A stretch of DNA of 64,000 nucleotides from Proteromonas lacertae (taxonomy: Eukaryota): NCBI GenBank assembly GCA_002245135.1, contig NGBS01001163.1:124001-188000 (forward strand). Direction: 5' to 3'. Numbering within the stretch: position 1 is the first letter of the stretch; the number at the start of each line of letters is the position of its first letter. Below, piece by piece: positions 26,393 to 39,100 of this stretch. A model generated the notes under the pieces. It saw nothing but the letters and a program-made list of their open reading frames with translations. It was not told where the DNA came from and did no database searches. A program made the translations under genes and the position numbers.

Positions 26393-27444
26393 TTATGCTT
26401 CTACTTCAGTAACAGTTGGATCAATTTCACTATTCTCTATAGCTGTTTCATTTTTACTCTCCTCGGATACTTCATTACCAATATTATCAGATTCAATAGA
26501 TTCATTTGATTTATCAATTTCATTTATTTCATTATTCTTACTAACATCCTTATTACTATCATCTTTACTTATATTTTCATCATTTTCATCAGAACTAGAA
26601 CTTGATCCTGAACTAGAACAGATATTCTCCAGTCCAGTTTCTGGTGGAATAATTGCATCTATTTCATCTCTCTTTTTATTCTTTTCTCTCCATCTTTCCA
26701 TTACTTCATCATATTTGAACTTTATCTTTAATTCTTCTAAACTTGGTGCTATTTCATTACTTATTTCATTTGTCATTTGTTTCACATGAGTGTGTAATGA
26801 TGTGGATTTATTATCAACAGCTGTAGTTGGAATATCTTCGACTTTCTCTTCTACTTTTTCACTTTCTTCTTCTTTTACTTCTTCTTTTAGTTCTTCTTCT
26901 TCTATTGGCTTATTTTCTTCTTTCTCTTCTTTCTCTACTTCTTCCACTTTATGTTTTTGTTCTGGTTGAGATGATTCAACTATTTCTATTGTTTCTTCCT
27001 TAGCTTTTGATTTTTCTTTCTCTTCTTCTGCTTTAATTGCTTTAATTGCTGATGGTGATAGCTTTATTGGCATATCTTCATCATCACCTTCTTCTTCTTT
27101 ACTATTGTTAGATTTCTTTTCTTTTTTTGGTGATTTGGTAGATCTCTATATTATATAATATAACTATACATACTTTTCCTGTTGATGTTGATTTTCGTTT
27201 TTTAGGTGTTGTATCTGTTGAAGAACTAACTTGATTTTGTGGTTCATCTTTTAACGCATCTATAAATCGTATAATCAAACATAATACCTCTTATTTTCTG
27301 TAAATTTTCTTTTCCAGGACAACTATGAAAGTCTACTGACAAAATTGCAACTGATTTGCTACAAGATTCACTAATAATAAATGAATGCAAATGGCGATAC
27401 CATGTTAAATATGAAGATCCTTCCTTTGTTCTTAAAGATGGCAT
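26393..27444 (-). CDS. Protein with N-terminal CxxC...HxC putative zinc-binding motif, basic NLS-like segment and long Glu/Lys/Ser-rich tail
   Basis: Removing the in-frame 30-nt intron gtatcg...tattag gives LTCESCSKSVAILSVDFHSC. Two more short introns link to the 26393-27073 ORF through TPKKRK and KSPKK. Confidence 0.65.
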
Positions 27445-27471
27445 ACTTGACTAAATAAATTGAAAAATATA

Positions 27472-27481
27472 TTTTCGCGCC
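27472..27481 (+). promoter_or_regulatory. E2F-type site TTTTCGCGCC in a 63-bp bidirectional promoter
   Basis: Matches the TTTSSCGC consensus and lies between divergent ATGs at 27444 (-) and 27508 (+). CGCG is rare in this AT-rich DNA. Confidence 0.5.
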
Positions 27482-27507
27482 TTAATATTGTTTGAGATAA
27501 TCAAGCC

Positions 27508-28721
27508 ATGAATATAAAATATTTACTCAAACGCTCTGTATACTAAAGTTGTAATAAAATAGAAAACGGATTCTGATAGTTCTAATGAAAAAATTCAAAA
27601 TAGCCCAGTATTAGACTCAATATTTTATTAACAGGTGAAATCACTCAAAGAAATAGCAATACACACAATATCACTAAATTCAAAAATATACAAATATTCA
27701 AAGTTAGGTAATAATGAAATTGAAGATTTAATACCAGCATTATGCAAAGAAAATTCAATGACAGTATTTATTCTATGAGTTGTTTATCAAAAATAGGATC
27801 AATTGTTTGTAAATATTATAAGAAACTCCCTTATATCAATTGATTTGTCATACTCTTCGAAAATCACAGATAAATCAGTGTCACTCATAGTTCAAGTGTG
27901 TCCAAATATACAGCGCTTGACACTCTCTCATTGCAAGTATTATTTTAAGTAATAGTTTTGTATAGATCTCTTACAAAATCTTCAATTTTACAAATATCAC
28001 TTCTTTTTTATCTCACAGAATTACAATTAGAAGGATTATCGATCATTGATTCTAGTTGTTGTAGAATATTAGAAAACATTAATAATCTCCGTATATTAAA
28101 CATATCATGGTGTAATAATTTAAATGGAAAAGATATTGAGAATTTATTAATGTCATCTGATAAAATAGAAATATTAAAAATTGATAATTCTCCAGGATTA
28201 ACAACTGATAGTTTGGATTATATTGTAACAGAATTAAGTATTAATTATATATATCATTAATATATATAATATATTAGCCAATATAAAAGTATTGTCTGTA
28301 AAAGGTTGTAGTCAGTTGAAAGATGATGTATTATATTCAATTGCAGATTATTGTCCTGATATTGAAGAATTGAATATAGAAAATTGTACAGGTTTTACTA
28401 CAACTGGTGTATATAAATTAATAATAAATTATAATTATATTTCAATAGATATATAGGGTTATATTGGATTGTTCTAATTTAAAGAAATTGAATATATCGT
28501 TTTGTTCATCTGTAGATGGTAATATTTTGAAAGATTTGACAAATATGAGAGAATTGTATATTGCTGGTATTTCTTCTATTACTGAAACTATTTTTATTAA
28601 TTTGTTGAATAATAATCCTCAATTAGAGATAATAGATGTTTCTATGTGTAATCAATTATCTGATTCTTTTATTAGAAGTATTAAAAATTCTTATAAGGAT
28701 TTAGTAATAATAAATAAATAG
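27508..28721 (+). CDS. Cysteine-containing leucine-rich repeat protein (FBXL/AMN1-like LRRs); multi-exon
   Basis: Spliced exons give VKSLKEIA..., IDLSYSSKITDKSV, LRILNISWCNNL, LKKLNISFCSSV, LEIIDVSMCNQLSD. Confidence 0.8.
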
Positions 28722-28827
28722 AATTTGAAGAATATATAATAATATTTATTTCTTTTTTTTATTTTTATATAACATAAAAAATCATAACCAAATTTATAAC
28801 AGAATAAAAAAATAAATTACAACAAAT

Positions 28828-29129
28828 TTATGATTTTACACTTTTCTTTCCTACCTTCTTATTTTTCTTCTTTCCTTTATCTCCTTTTGTTTTTGTTAAA
28901 GGATTTGCTTTTTCTTTCTTTGCTGGAGGTGTTTCTGTTGATACTGGTGGTAAACTATTGTAGAGTGGTAAAGCAGGTGAATTGATAGTTTTGATGTTTA
29001 TACTCTGTACTATATCCCATTTTCCAGGTAATAAATCAATTACTTTTTCAAGTGTTGCTTCAATATTTTCTACTACTTTATCTTCATCCATTATTGTTGT
29101 TCCTACTTTTATTGCACTATTTTAATAAA

Positions 29130-29167
<38 letters not shown>

Positions 29168-29732
29168 AATGGACCTAATCCTTGATGGTATACTACACTA
29201 TTTAACACTTTATTTACTCTGCTTGATAAATTACCTTTGATTTGAATTGGAATTGGTAATTTTTTACTATTGATGAATTTCTTTCCTAATAATTTGGTTG
29301 TCATTGGTGCAATTCTTTCGTCACAAATAAATACATCATATTCTGAACATAGTTTTCGTCTTGCTTCATAAGTTTGATATCTAACTCTCAATTTCTCTAA
29401 TCCTATAACCTTCTTTATTGGAGTGATTGGTTTTGATTCTAATGCTTCTTTGAATGGTTTCGTTGGATCTTTCATAATTAAACATACCGAAGGATCTTTA
29501 TATATTGAATTTGGTACAGGAATTAAAATTGGATGTATCTTTTTGTTATTTGGGTGACTATTCAATCCTACTGTTAATAAAAAGAAATTGTTCTCGTTCT
29601 CTATCAACAATTTCTTTTCACTTTCTTCATCTTTCTTGTTTTCATAAACTTTTAAAGCTTTTACAGCTTCTAATATCTAATTAATTAAATAAACAATATT
29701 AATTATACTTTTGACTGCTTAATTTCCTTCAT
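28828..29732 (-). CDS. RSL1D1: Ribosomal L1 domain-containing protein (RSL1D1/Cic1/Utp30 family); 3 exons
   Basis: VCLIMKDP, KVIGLEKLR, YEARRKLCSEYDVFICDERI, LLGKKF, KKLPIPI, IKTINSPALPLY; Lys-rich tail. Confidence 0.9.
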
Positions 29733-29799
29733 TTGCTCTAAAATGCAATTCAAGCTCGACTTCTACGCAAGCTTTTTGAGTTTTATTTTTATTTAATTT

Positions 29800-30237
29800 A
29801 TGAATATGCAGCAAACAAAGTATAGAAATAAACATATTATATGAATAGTATGTACGGTGCTTCATCAACTGTTGCAACAAATTATCAAAATATAAATCTA
29901 CAAAATCAACCTCTTGTATACTATAATGAAATAACTATTCTAAATAGTTTCAAAAGCTATATCAATCAACAGACAGAGTGATCTTACAAGTTTCTACGGA
30001 AGATATTCAGATGATTCTTGATGAAAACTCAAGATTAATAAATAATTATGTTCATTGTATGTATCATATATATTTTTAATGGAAATAGCAACAAATAAAG
30101 TGAAGGCTATTGAGGATTTAAAGTATTTAGAAAGAAATATACGATTCTTAACACATTTGCATGATGGATTACTTACAGAAGATATGGCTATACAATATCT
30201 GACTTATTATCGTAAAACTCTTCCTCATAGAGGTTAG
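29800..30237 (+). CDS. Small SSXT-domain (SS18/GIF-like) protein; 4 exons
   Basis: Spliced sequence STEDIQMILDENSRLINNYVHSTNKVKAIEDLKYLERNIRFLTHLHD resembles the SSXT consensus IQxxLDENxxLI...LQxNLxYLA. Confidence 0.65.
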
Positions 30238-30359
30238 AATAATATAAATTAATAATTTTTCTTTACATGTTTATTATAATTCTCATACATACAGACATTT
30301 AATATAAGATAATAATAAAATTTCTGGTAAAAAATAATTGATTACCATTTTTAAAGAAA

Positions 30360-33300
30360 TTAATTAGATTCTTCTTTAATTGGATCAGGATCTATTTCAT
30401 TATGTATGGGTGATGTTAAAGGTTCTAATCTTACAGAGTGAACTGATGCGTTACTTACTTTCACAGCTGATCTATTAGTGTTTTCCATTACATTAGGCAT
30501 TACAAATTTATCTTCTTCATCTGTTGTATCACCTCCACTATCTTCTACTTCCTTCTTTTCTTCGTCCTTATTATCTTCTTTATTTTCATTATTTTCACTC
30601 TCTTCATTATTATTTTCATTATTTTCATTCTCTTCGTTATTATCTTCTTCATTTTCACCATTTTTCTCTTCTTTATTCTCTTCATTCTCATTCTCAGTTT
30701 CATTTCCTTCTTTATTCTCATTTTCATAGTCTGGTCTTTCAAATTCTTCATATTTAACTGGTGGTAGTTCAATCTTTTCATCTTCTTTTTCTTCCTCTTC
30801 TTCTTCATCCTCTTCAATTTCTCCTTCCTCTTTTTCATCATCTGCAACTTCTCCTTCTTCTTTCTTTTCTTCTTCTACTTTTTTCTCTTCATTTTCCTCC
30901 TTCTTTTCTCCCTCATCTTCTTTCTTTTCTTCTCCAACTGGAGTAGGATTAACATTGTTATTTTCTTCATTATCTTTTTTTATTACAACTCCTACATTAT
31001 CAGCATCAACAGGTTCTTTCTCATTAATTGGAACAATTTTATACGTTTGACCTTTTCCATAATTCGTTAATATCATTTTTGAGAAGAAAAGAGGTAAAGC
31101 AAAAACAAAATACATCAACCCCATCCACCATATTGAAACAACCATTCGACTAAATCTACCAACTACATCACAAATTAATACTTCTACTACCGAATATACA
31201 ATCCTGCTTAATGAATTACAACCAATTACATCACCTAATTCTATAATTAATGTTCCTAGTGTATCACTTAATTGATCAATTGTAGAATTTACTATTTTAA
31301 CTGTTTCATCTCCAAGTTCAATACTTCCAAGTATACCATCTTCTCCATTAATCATATCTTTAGCAAAATCAGTTACAGTCTCAGCTGCTTTACCAGTAAT
31401 ACCTCTTATTGGATTTTCTTCACCTTGTAATTTACATGTTCCTAATATATTACCCAACAAAGGAGTAATTTGTATATCCATTTTTAATTCACTTCCCATT
31501 AAATCAAGTGAATATGTACAATTTGGTTTATTATCATATACACCACCAATCATATTACAGATTGATGGTTCAACATCTTCTACCATAATATATACTTCAT
31601 TTCCTAAACCATCACCAATATCTCCAATTAATAATAATAAAGCCATTACTATGGAGGTTATAACCATACAAGTTGAACAACAACAACAACCACAACAATT
31701 AATACAACACCAACTACATTTCATACAACATTTCCATGTAAAGAAAACACAGAAAAGAAGTAATATTTGTATTATAGCAACGAAAAATCTATTTATATTA
31801 TTCATAAAAATTATACGGTATTATAGCAATATAGTCCAATATATAATGAATGTAAGTTTTTATATACCATATAGCCTTATCCAAATACATTCCAACAATC
31901 GGAATCTCATCTTGAAAACTTATATCTAAGGGATCATCAGCCATTAATCCTTTAAAATTCATGCCTTCTAATATTAATCTAATTGATCTTTCAATACAAC
32001 CATATGAAATACACATTTCACCATTATTTCTCTCTTCCAACATCGAATTTGACATTATATAACCTTCATCATCTTTAATTGAATCAGATAATAATTTACC
32101 AGCAAATGTAAGGTAGTCTAAGGAATTACCTTCTATATGATCAACATCCCATACTTTATTAACATCACGTTTAATATCAGTCCAATCATCAGTTTGGAAG
32201 TATTTTATTGTATTATTATGTGTTTTATTAGGTGATATTACTCTATATATATTAATAGAAATATATTATATTATACGATGCATAAACGATGTTTAATTGA
32301 TCTTCAACAGCTTTAAATGCATTATCCAATTTACTCTGTTTCGTTAATCTCTGTAATTCTGATTCATTAAACTTTGATAATACATCATACACAGGTTGTT
32401 CAAGGAAATTACTAACATTATTTATAAAATTGGTAAATCCATCTTTATTATCATAAGCATTACACATACCTAACTTCATTTCATCACTTAATGATGTTAC
32501 ACTTTCGTCAATTTCAGTGCAATTTACTCCCATCAATTCTGTTGGACTTCCTAATACTGAAGACATACTGTTAAAATCATTAACATATTCATCCATATTA
32601 ATTTTATTTATTTCTTTTTTAGCCTTTGCAATATCACCAACAGAACTGTCAACTTCATCTAATCCAAAATCACCACTGGCAGAATCATTAACTGCACTTG
32701 TCTATAGGAAAATAAGAATATATAAAATACAAATTGATCAATTGTGGTTGGTAATTCTTCATACAACTTATTAATAGATTTAAGTGCAGTCTATTAATAA
32801 TAAATAAAATATATATTATACACAATGTGAGAAATAACCAGTTGCTATTTCATCTCCATTTTCTATATATTTATCATATGCTTCCATATTACTAAAATAA
32901 CTTTTGGAGTTAATATAACAGTTTTGATTAACAATATTATCTATAACATTCGATTTATAGCTACTGAATGAAGAATCATAACCACTTGGAAAATCAAATG
33001 TCTTTGGTGAATCATTACAATCTCCATCACCATCACAATCTCTATCATCTAAACATCTCTTGGCTTGATTAAGACTACAATATCCATATCCCACAAAACT
33101 CATATTACAATAACTATTTACTGATGGATCTGCTGATGGAGTTGTTGTTGTTGTTGTTGTATCCTTTGCATCAGGAGGTGAACATCTCTGATTAGTACTA
33201 TTTAAACCTTGAGTGAATATTTTATTCAAATTACTTGACTGTTTATATAAATCATTAGTATGTATGCCACATATTGTAGCTATGACACTTTCTTTGCTTT

Positions 33301-35877
33301 TATAAAATGAAGCTAACTGTTTAAAATTCTGTACATTTTGTACAATACTTTCGAAATTCTCAACATTTTTAAATATTCCATAGGTTATAGCATTAGTTGT
33401 TTTTTCCAACTATAAATAAATAAATAAATATTATATAAATACATCACTAAGTAAACTACCCATTGCACCACTTTGAAGTTCAGTAACATTTTTCTATTAT
33501 TAATAACAACAAAAATATACTAAATTATTATTCAAATCTCTTATTTTGTCATTTAGATTTAATTTACTTAGATCATCAGTTTTATTCTTAATTTCATCAA
33601 TTTGATCTAAAACATCATCAATTTTTTCCACTAACTCTCCACTAACTTCATCCAAATTACTAAAATCACCAAAACCTCCAATTAGACTATTTAGATCAAT
33701 AAAGTCTTCAGATATTTCATCAATATATTTCAATGTTTTCTAAATATCATATATAACAAAATATACATTTAATGGATCAATTAAATCTTGAACGTCTTTC
33801 AATCTACCTATATCTTCACTTAATTTTGTGTAATTATAACTAGTGATGTCATTAACAGAACTATTCAACCCCACTAAACTAGTGTTTAATCTTTCAAAAG
33901 CAGCTGTGTCTAAACCATTACTAATACTTTTCATCTATGCATAAAGATCATAATATTGAATATACTGTTTTAAAAGTTTCTGTAACATTATAATTACCAA
34001 GCGCTGTTTCTATTTGCTTAAGTGTATCAACATCTATATCACTAGAATTGACTTTAATTTCGAGTTCTTGTGTATGTCCACAGAATATCTGAAACTGTGA
34101 TTCTTTTAGATAAATTTTATGTATAGCTTTCTGTACACTAATCAATGTTTCATTTGTCTGACTTATTTTCTATAATAAACATAATCATAATATAATCATA
34201 CCCAACTTGATAACTTTTCATTATAAGGCGTCATACTATCTTCAATCTCTTTAGGTAATTCAAATAATGTTAAATCAAAGAATTTATTCACTTCTTTTAT
34301 TTTATCATTATCATTACATAATTGTTCTATTGAACTGTTAATTTTTGTTTGAATATCTATAATTTTATATCTATCTTCTGTCAAATTACTTGATTGTGTT
34401 TTCAATTGATTAAAATTACTAGACACTAGTTGTAAATCATCTTTAAAATCATCATCAATTGCATTTAATAATCCAGTAAGTTCATTAATTGAATCAGTTA
34501 GATTATTTACATCTGGTAAGCCATTCAATTTTGTAGTAACATCTATTATTATATAAATAACTATATTATACTTCCCATAGATTTTAATAATCCATTCAAT
34601 GGATCATTCACTAAATAATATATAAAAATAATAATAAATACTTTTATGTAATAATTTGTCAATAGCAGTAATACCAACTCCTCCAACTAATGAAGAAACA
34701 AGATTAGCAGTAGGATCTTTAATATCACTAACCAATAAAACAACAGCATCAACAACTTTTGTAATTTTCATCACACTATCCACCAAACCATTAACCGAAA
34801 TAGTGTAAGACCAACAAACAATGGAGAAAATGAAAAACATTAAAGCATATAATGCTAAACATCCTTTTAAAGTCCACTTCACTTTCTTACTGTAACTATA
34901 CACAATAATATTAACAACAAATATATATACTTATTCTTTCTAGCACTTGGATAACAGCAACAACATGTAACCCAACATTTATAACATGGATGTTTATATT
35001 TTCTCTTTGGCTTTGCTACTCTCTTTTCTTTTTCAGGTTTTTCAGGCATTGGATCTTCTTTTACTATCTCTACTGTTTCAACTGCTGGTTGTGCTGCTGA
35101 TGTAAGTGCTGGAGGTGGTTCTTGTTGATTGATTGGATTTCCATTTGGATCAACTGTTAAAGGTAACACACATTCTTTATCAACGGATTTATCAGATTTA
35201 CTATTGTGACTTTCAGATTTCTTTTCATTATCTTTACCACTTTTTGATTTATTGTCTTTATCTTTTCCAACATGTTTTAAACTACCATCTACAACTTCAT
35301 AAGTTAATTTGTCTCTGTTTATCTTAAAGCAACATGGACAACAGCATCCTAGACAACTTCCTAAACAATAAATAAAACACCAACAGCAGAAAAATAACAT
35401 AATTAATAAATGTGCAACAATAAATATTACATAAAACTAAATGAATTACAAAATAACAATATCATACAAAAATAAGGTAATATGGTGATGTCTTATCAAT
35501 ATTTAAGAACATTAATTCTAAAAGTGGAAGAATATCGAAGTTTGAGATATATTTTATAAAATCTGAGATATCTTTATGAAATTCAAGTTCTAACTCACCA
35601 TCATCATTTTCTACTTTTTTCTAAAAGTATATATATGCCATTACTATACAAATTCTGCAATTGGTTCATATTTTGTAAGATCTCTCGAAAAAAATCCTGG
35701 CCAGACGTAAGTACTGGATCTCTAAAAAATAATATAACACATCCATACAATATAGGTCCCTTTACAAGTCTCATCACACTTGATTTTGTTTTCATCGCAG
35801 TAGACATCTGTAGCCATGCAAACAGGAAAAATAACAATAAATAAATAAAATAATAAAAGACGAGAACAACTATTCAT
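30360..35877 (-). CDS. Prominin-like multi-pass membrane glycoprotein, copy A (many short introns)
   Basis: Signal peptide MNSCSRLLLFYLFIVIFPVCMA. TM segments flanked by Cys clusters (FFCCWC...CCCPCC), large helical and Cys-containing extracellular loops, last loop GCNSLSRI...ICD...SIWW before a final TM, acidic cytoplasmic tail. The gene itself is well supported; the family label is less certain. Confidence 0.65.
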
Positions 35878-36148
35878 CCTATATTTATTTTCAACCGAAA
35901 TTATTCTAATATATTCGTTTCTTACTCTCTAAATTTGAATTTAAGTAACGACATTTTTTGTTGTTGAGGTAATTACAAAAATGGAGGGTTCTAAAGAATA
36001 TATTATATCAGTAATTGTTATAGAAGTAAAACAGTGGTTATTGTTTCAGTGTAAACTAATATTCTTTATATAGACACTTAGACAATTCTATAATCTAAAT
36101 ACACAAATAATGTACATATAAAGACAGTGACTATAAAAATAAATGATT

Positions 36149-39100
36149 TTAATTTGATTCCTCTTTAATTGGAACATTCTCTATTTCTTTCACTGCAGGA
36201 GGAGTCAATGGAGGTAATCTCACTGAATGAACTGATGCATTACTTAACTTTAACGGAGAGCTATTAGCACTTGATAAAACATTAGGCATTACAAACTTTT
36301 CTTCCTCATCTGTTGTATCACCTCCACTATCTTCTATATTCTTCTTGTCTTCATCTTCCTTCTTTTCTTCTTTATTCTCATTCTCATTTTCATATTCTGG
36401 TCTTTTAAATTCTTCATATTTTGCTGGTGATGGTTCTACTTTTCCTTCTTCTTCTTTTTCATCATCATCATCTTCATCATCATCATCTTCATCATCATCA
36501 TCTTCTTCCTCCTCCTCCTCTTCTTCTTCTTCCTCTTCTTCTTCTTCACCATCTTCACCCTCTTCATCATCTTCCTCTTCTTCCTCCCCCTCTTCATCAT
36601 CTTCTTCCTCTTCCTCTTCTTCTTCTTCTACTTTCTTTTCATCTTCAGTTACTTTCTTTACTTCTCCTGCTGGAGTTGGATTAACATCTTTATCATAATT
36701 ATTATTTTCATCATTCTGCACTTTTATTTCAACTCCAATATTATTAACATCAACCGACTCTTTCTCATTCATTGGTGCAATTTTATTATTCTTTCCATTT
36801 CCATAATTCTCCAACACAATCTTAGAGAAGAAAAGAGGAATAGCAAATACCACACACATTAAACATACCCACCATATTGAAACAATTAATTCACTAAAAG
36901 CTGGTAAGAAATCACAAAACACTATATCAAATACAGTATATATAATCCTACTTAATGAATTACAACCAATTTTATCACCCAACTCAATTATTGACTCTCT
37001 AAGTGCTGGTCCAAAGTTATCAAGAGTATTATTAAATATTACCACAGCTGAATCACCAAGAGCAAGAGGTATCATACCACCAATATCCAAACCTTCAGTT
37101 GAGTCGGTTATTGAATTTGCCATTCTACCTGTTATTCCTCTTATTGGATTTTCTTCACCTTGTAATTTACATGTTCCTAATATATTACCCAACAAAGGAG
37201 TAATTTGTATATCCATTTTTAATTCACTTCCCATTAAATCAAGTGAATATGTACAATTTGGTTTATTATCATATACACCACCAATCATATTACAGATTGG
37301 TTCTTCTGCATCTTCTAGAATAATGTATGCTTCATTTCCCAAACTATTACCAACATCTCCTGCTATAAAAAGTATGACCATAAGTATAGCTGTTACAAAA
37401 AAGCAACATGAACAACAAAAGCAGTTACAGCAATTAATATATCCCCAACTGCATTTCATACAACATTTGCATGTGAAAAACATACAAAGAATAAGCAATA
37501 ATTGTACAAATGCATAAATGAATCTATAATCAATAAACAATAAAATAATAATTATACGGAATTGCACCAATTAGATTCAAAACAAGTGAAATGTGGTCTT
37601 TAAACCAATTCATTGTGTCTAACATGATATTAAGAACACCACCAAGAGGACCATCTACTGCTAGTCCTCCTGATCCACTACTATCTTCCTCATATCCATC
37701 ATCACCATTATTTCCATCATATCCTGATGTTTCTTTAGATACAATATTTCCTAACAGTCTTTTAACAAACATTATTTTATTTAATAATTTTCTATTCAAT
37801 ATTCTTTTACCTAATGATAATGATTTACTTAACAATCCATCTTCAGGTAATAATCCTCCACCAAATCCTTTAGTATTAAATCCATCAAATAGTAATTTCA
37901 ATGTATTTTCAATACAATTATTTGTTATACACTTTCCTTTTTCTCTTTCATTCAATGATGCATCTGCACCAATGTAGCCATTATCATCTACTAATAAACC
38001 ATCAGAAAATACATTAACAACCATTGTCACATAATTTAATGATCCAATATCATTTATACTTTCCAAATCCCATACTTTATTAACATCATCCTTCATATTC
38101 TTCCATGAATCAGTTTCGAAGTATTTTATTGTATTATTATGTGTTTTATTAGGTGATATTACTCTATATATATTAATAGAAATATGTTATATTATACGAT
38201 GCATAAACGATGTTTAATTGTTCTTCAACAGCTTTAAATCCTTTATTTAATGTTGGTTCATGAGTATATTCCCTTAAATTTGTCTCATTAAATGCTTTTA
38301 ATACATTATACACAGGTTGTTCAAGGAAATAAGTGACATTTCCTATAAAATTGGAAAGACCGTTTTCTTTATCATCATAAGCATTACACATACCAACTTT
38401 CATTTCTTCACCTAAATCAGTTGTATCATAATCAATTTCAGAACAGTTAATTCTCATCAATTCTGTTGGACTTCCTATCATTCCAGACATACTATTGAAA
38501 TTGCTCAACATATTGATCAACATTAATACTATTCACTTGCTTCTTAGCCTCTGCAATTTCACCAACAGAATTGTCAACTTCATCTAATCCAAAATCACCA
38601 CTGGCAAATTCATTAACTGCACTTGTCTATAGGAAAATAAGAATATATAAAATACAAATTGATCAATTGTGGTTGGTAATTCTTCATACAACTTATTAAT
38701 AGATTTAAGTGCAGTCTATTAATAATAAATAAAATATATATTATACACAATGTGAGAAATAACCAGTTGCTATTTCATCTCCATTTTCTATATATTTATC
38801 ATATGCTTCCATATTACTAAAATAACTGTTGGAGTTAATATAACAGTTTTGATTAACAATATTATCTATAACATTCGATTTATAGCTACTGAATGAAGAA
38901 TCATAACCACTTGGAAAATCAAATGTCTTTGGTGAATCATTACAATCTCCATTACTACCACACTCTACATTACTTATACATCTCTTGGCTTGATTAAGAC
39001 TACAATATCCATATCCCACAAAACTCATATTACAATAACTATTTACTGATGGATCTACTGATGGAGTTGTTGTTGTTGTTGTATCCTTTGCATCAGGAGG

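Noticed and set aside
30478..36698. Plus-strand poly-Ser/His/Leu ORFs at 30478-30946 and 36345-36698
   Set aside because: Antisense shadows of the acidic tails of the prominin-like genes.
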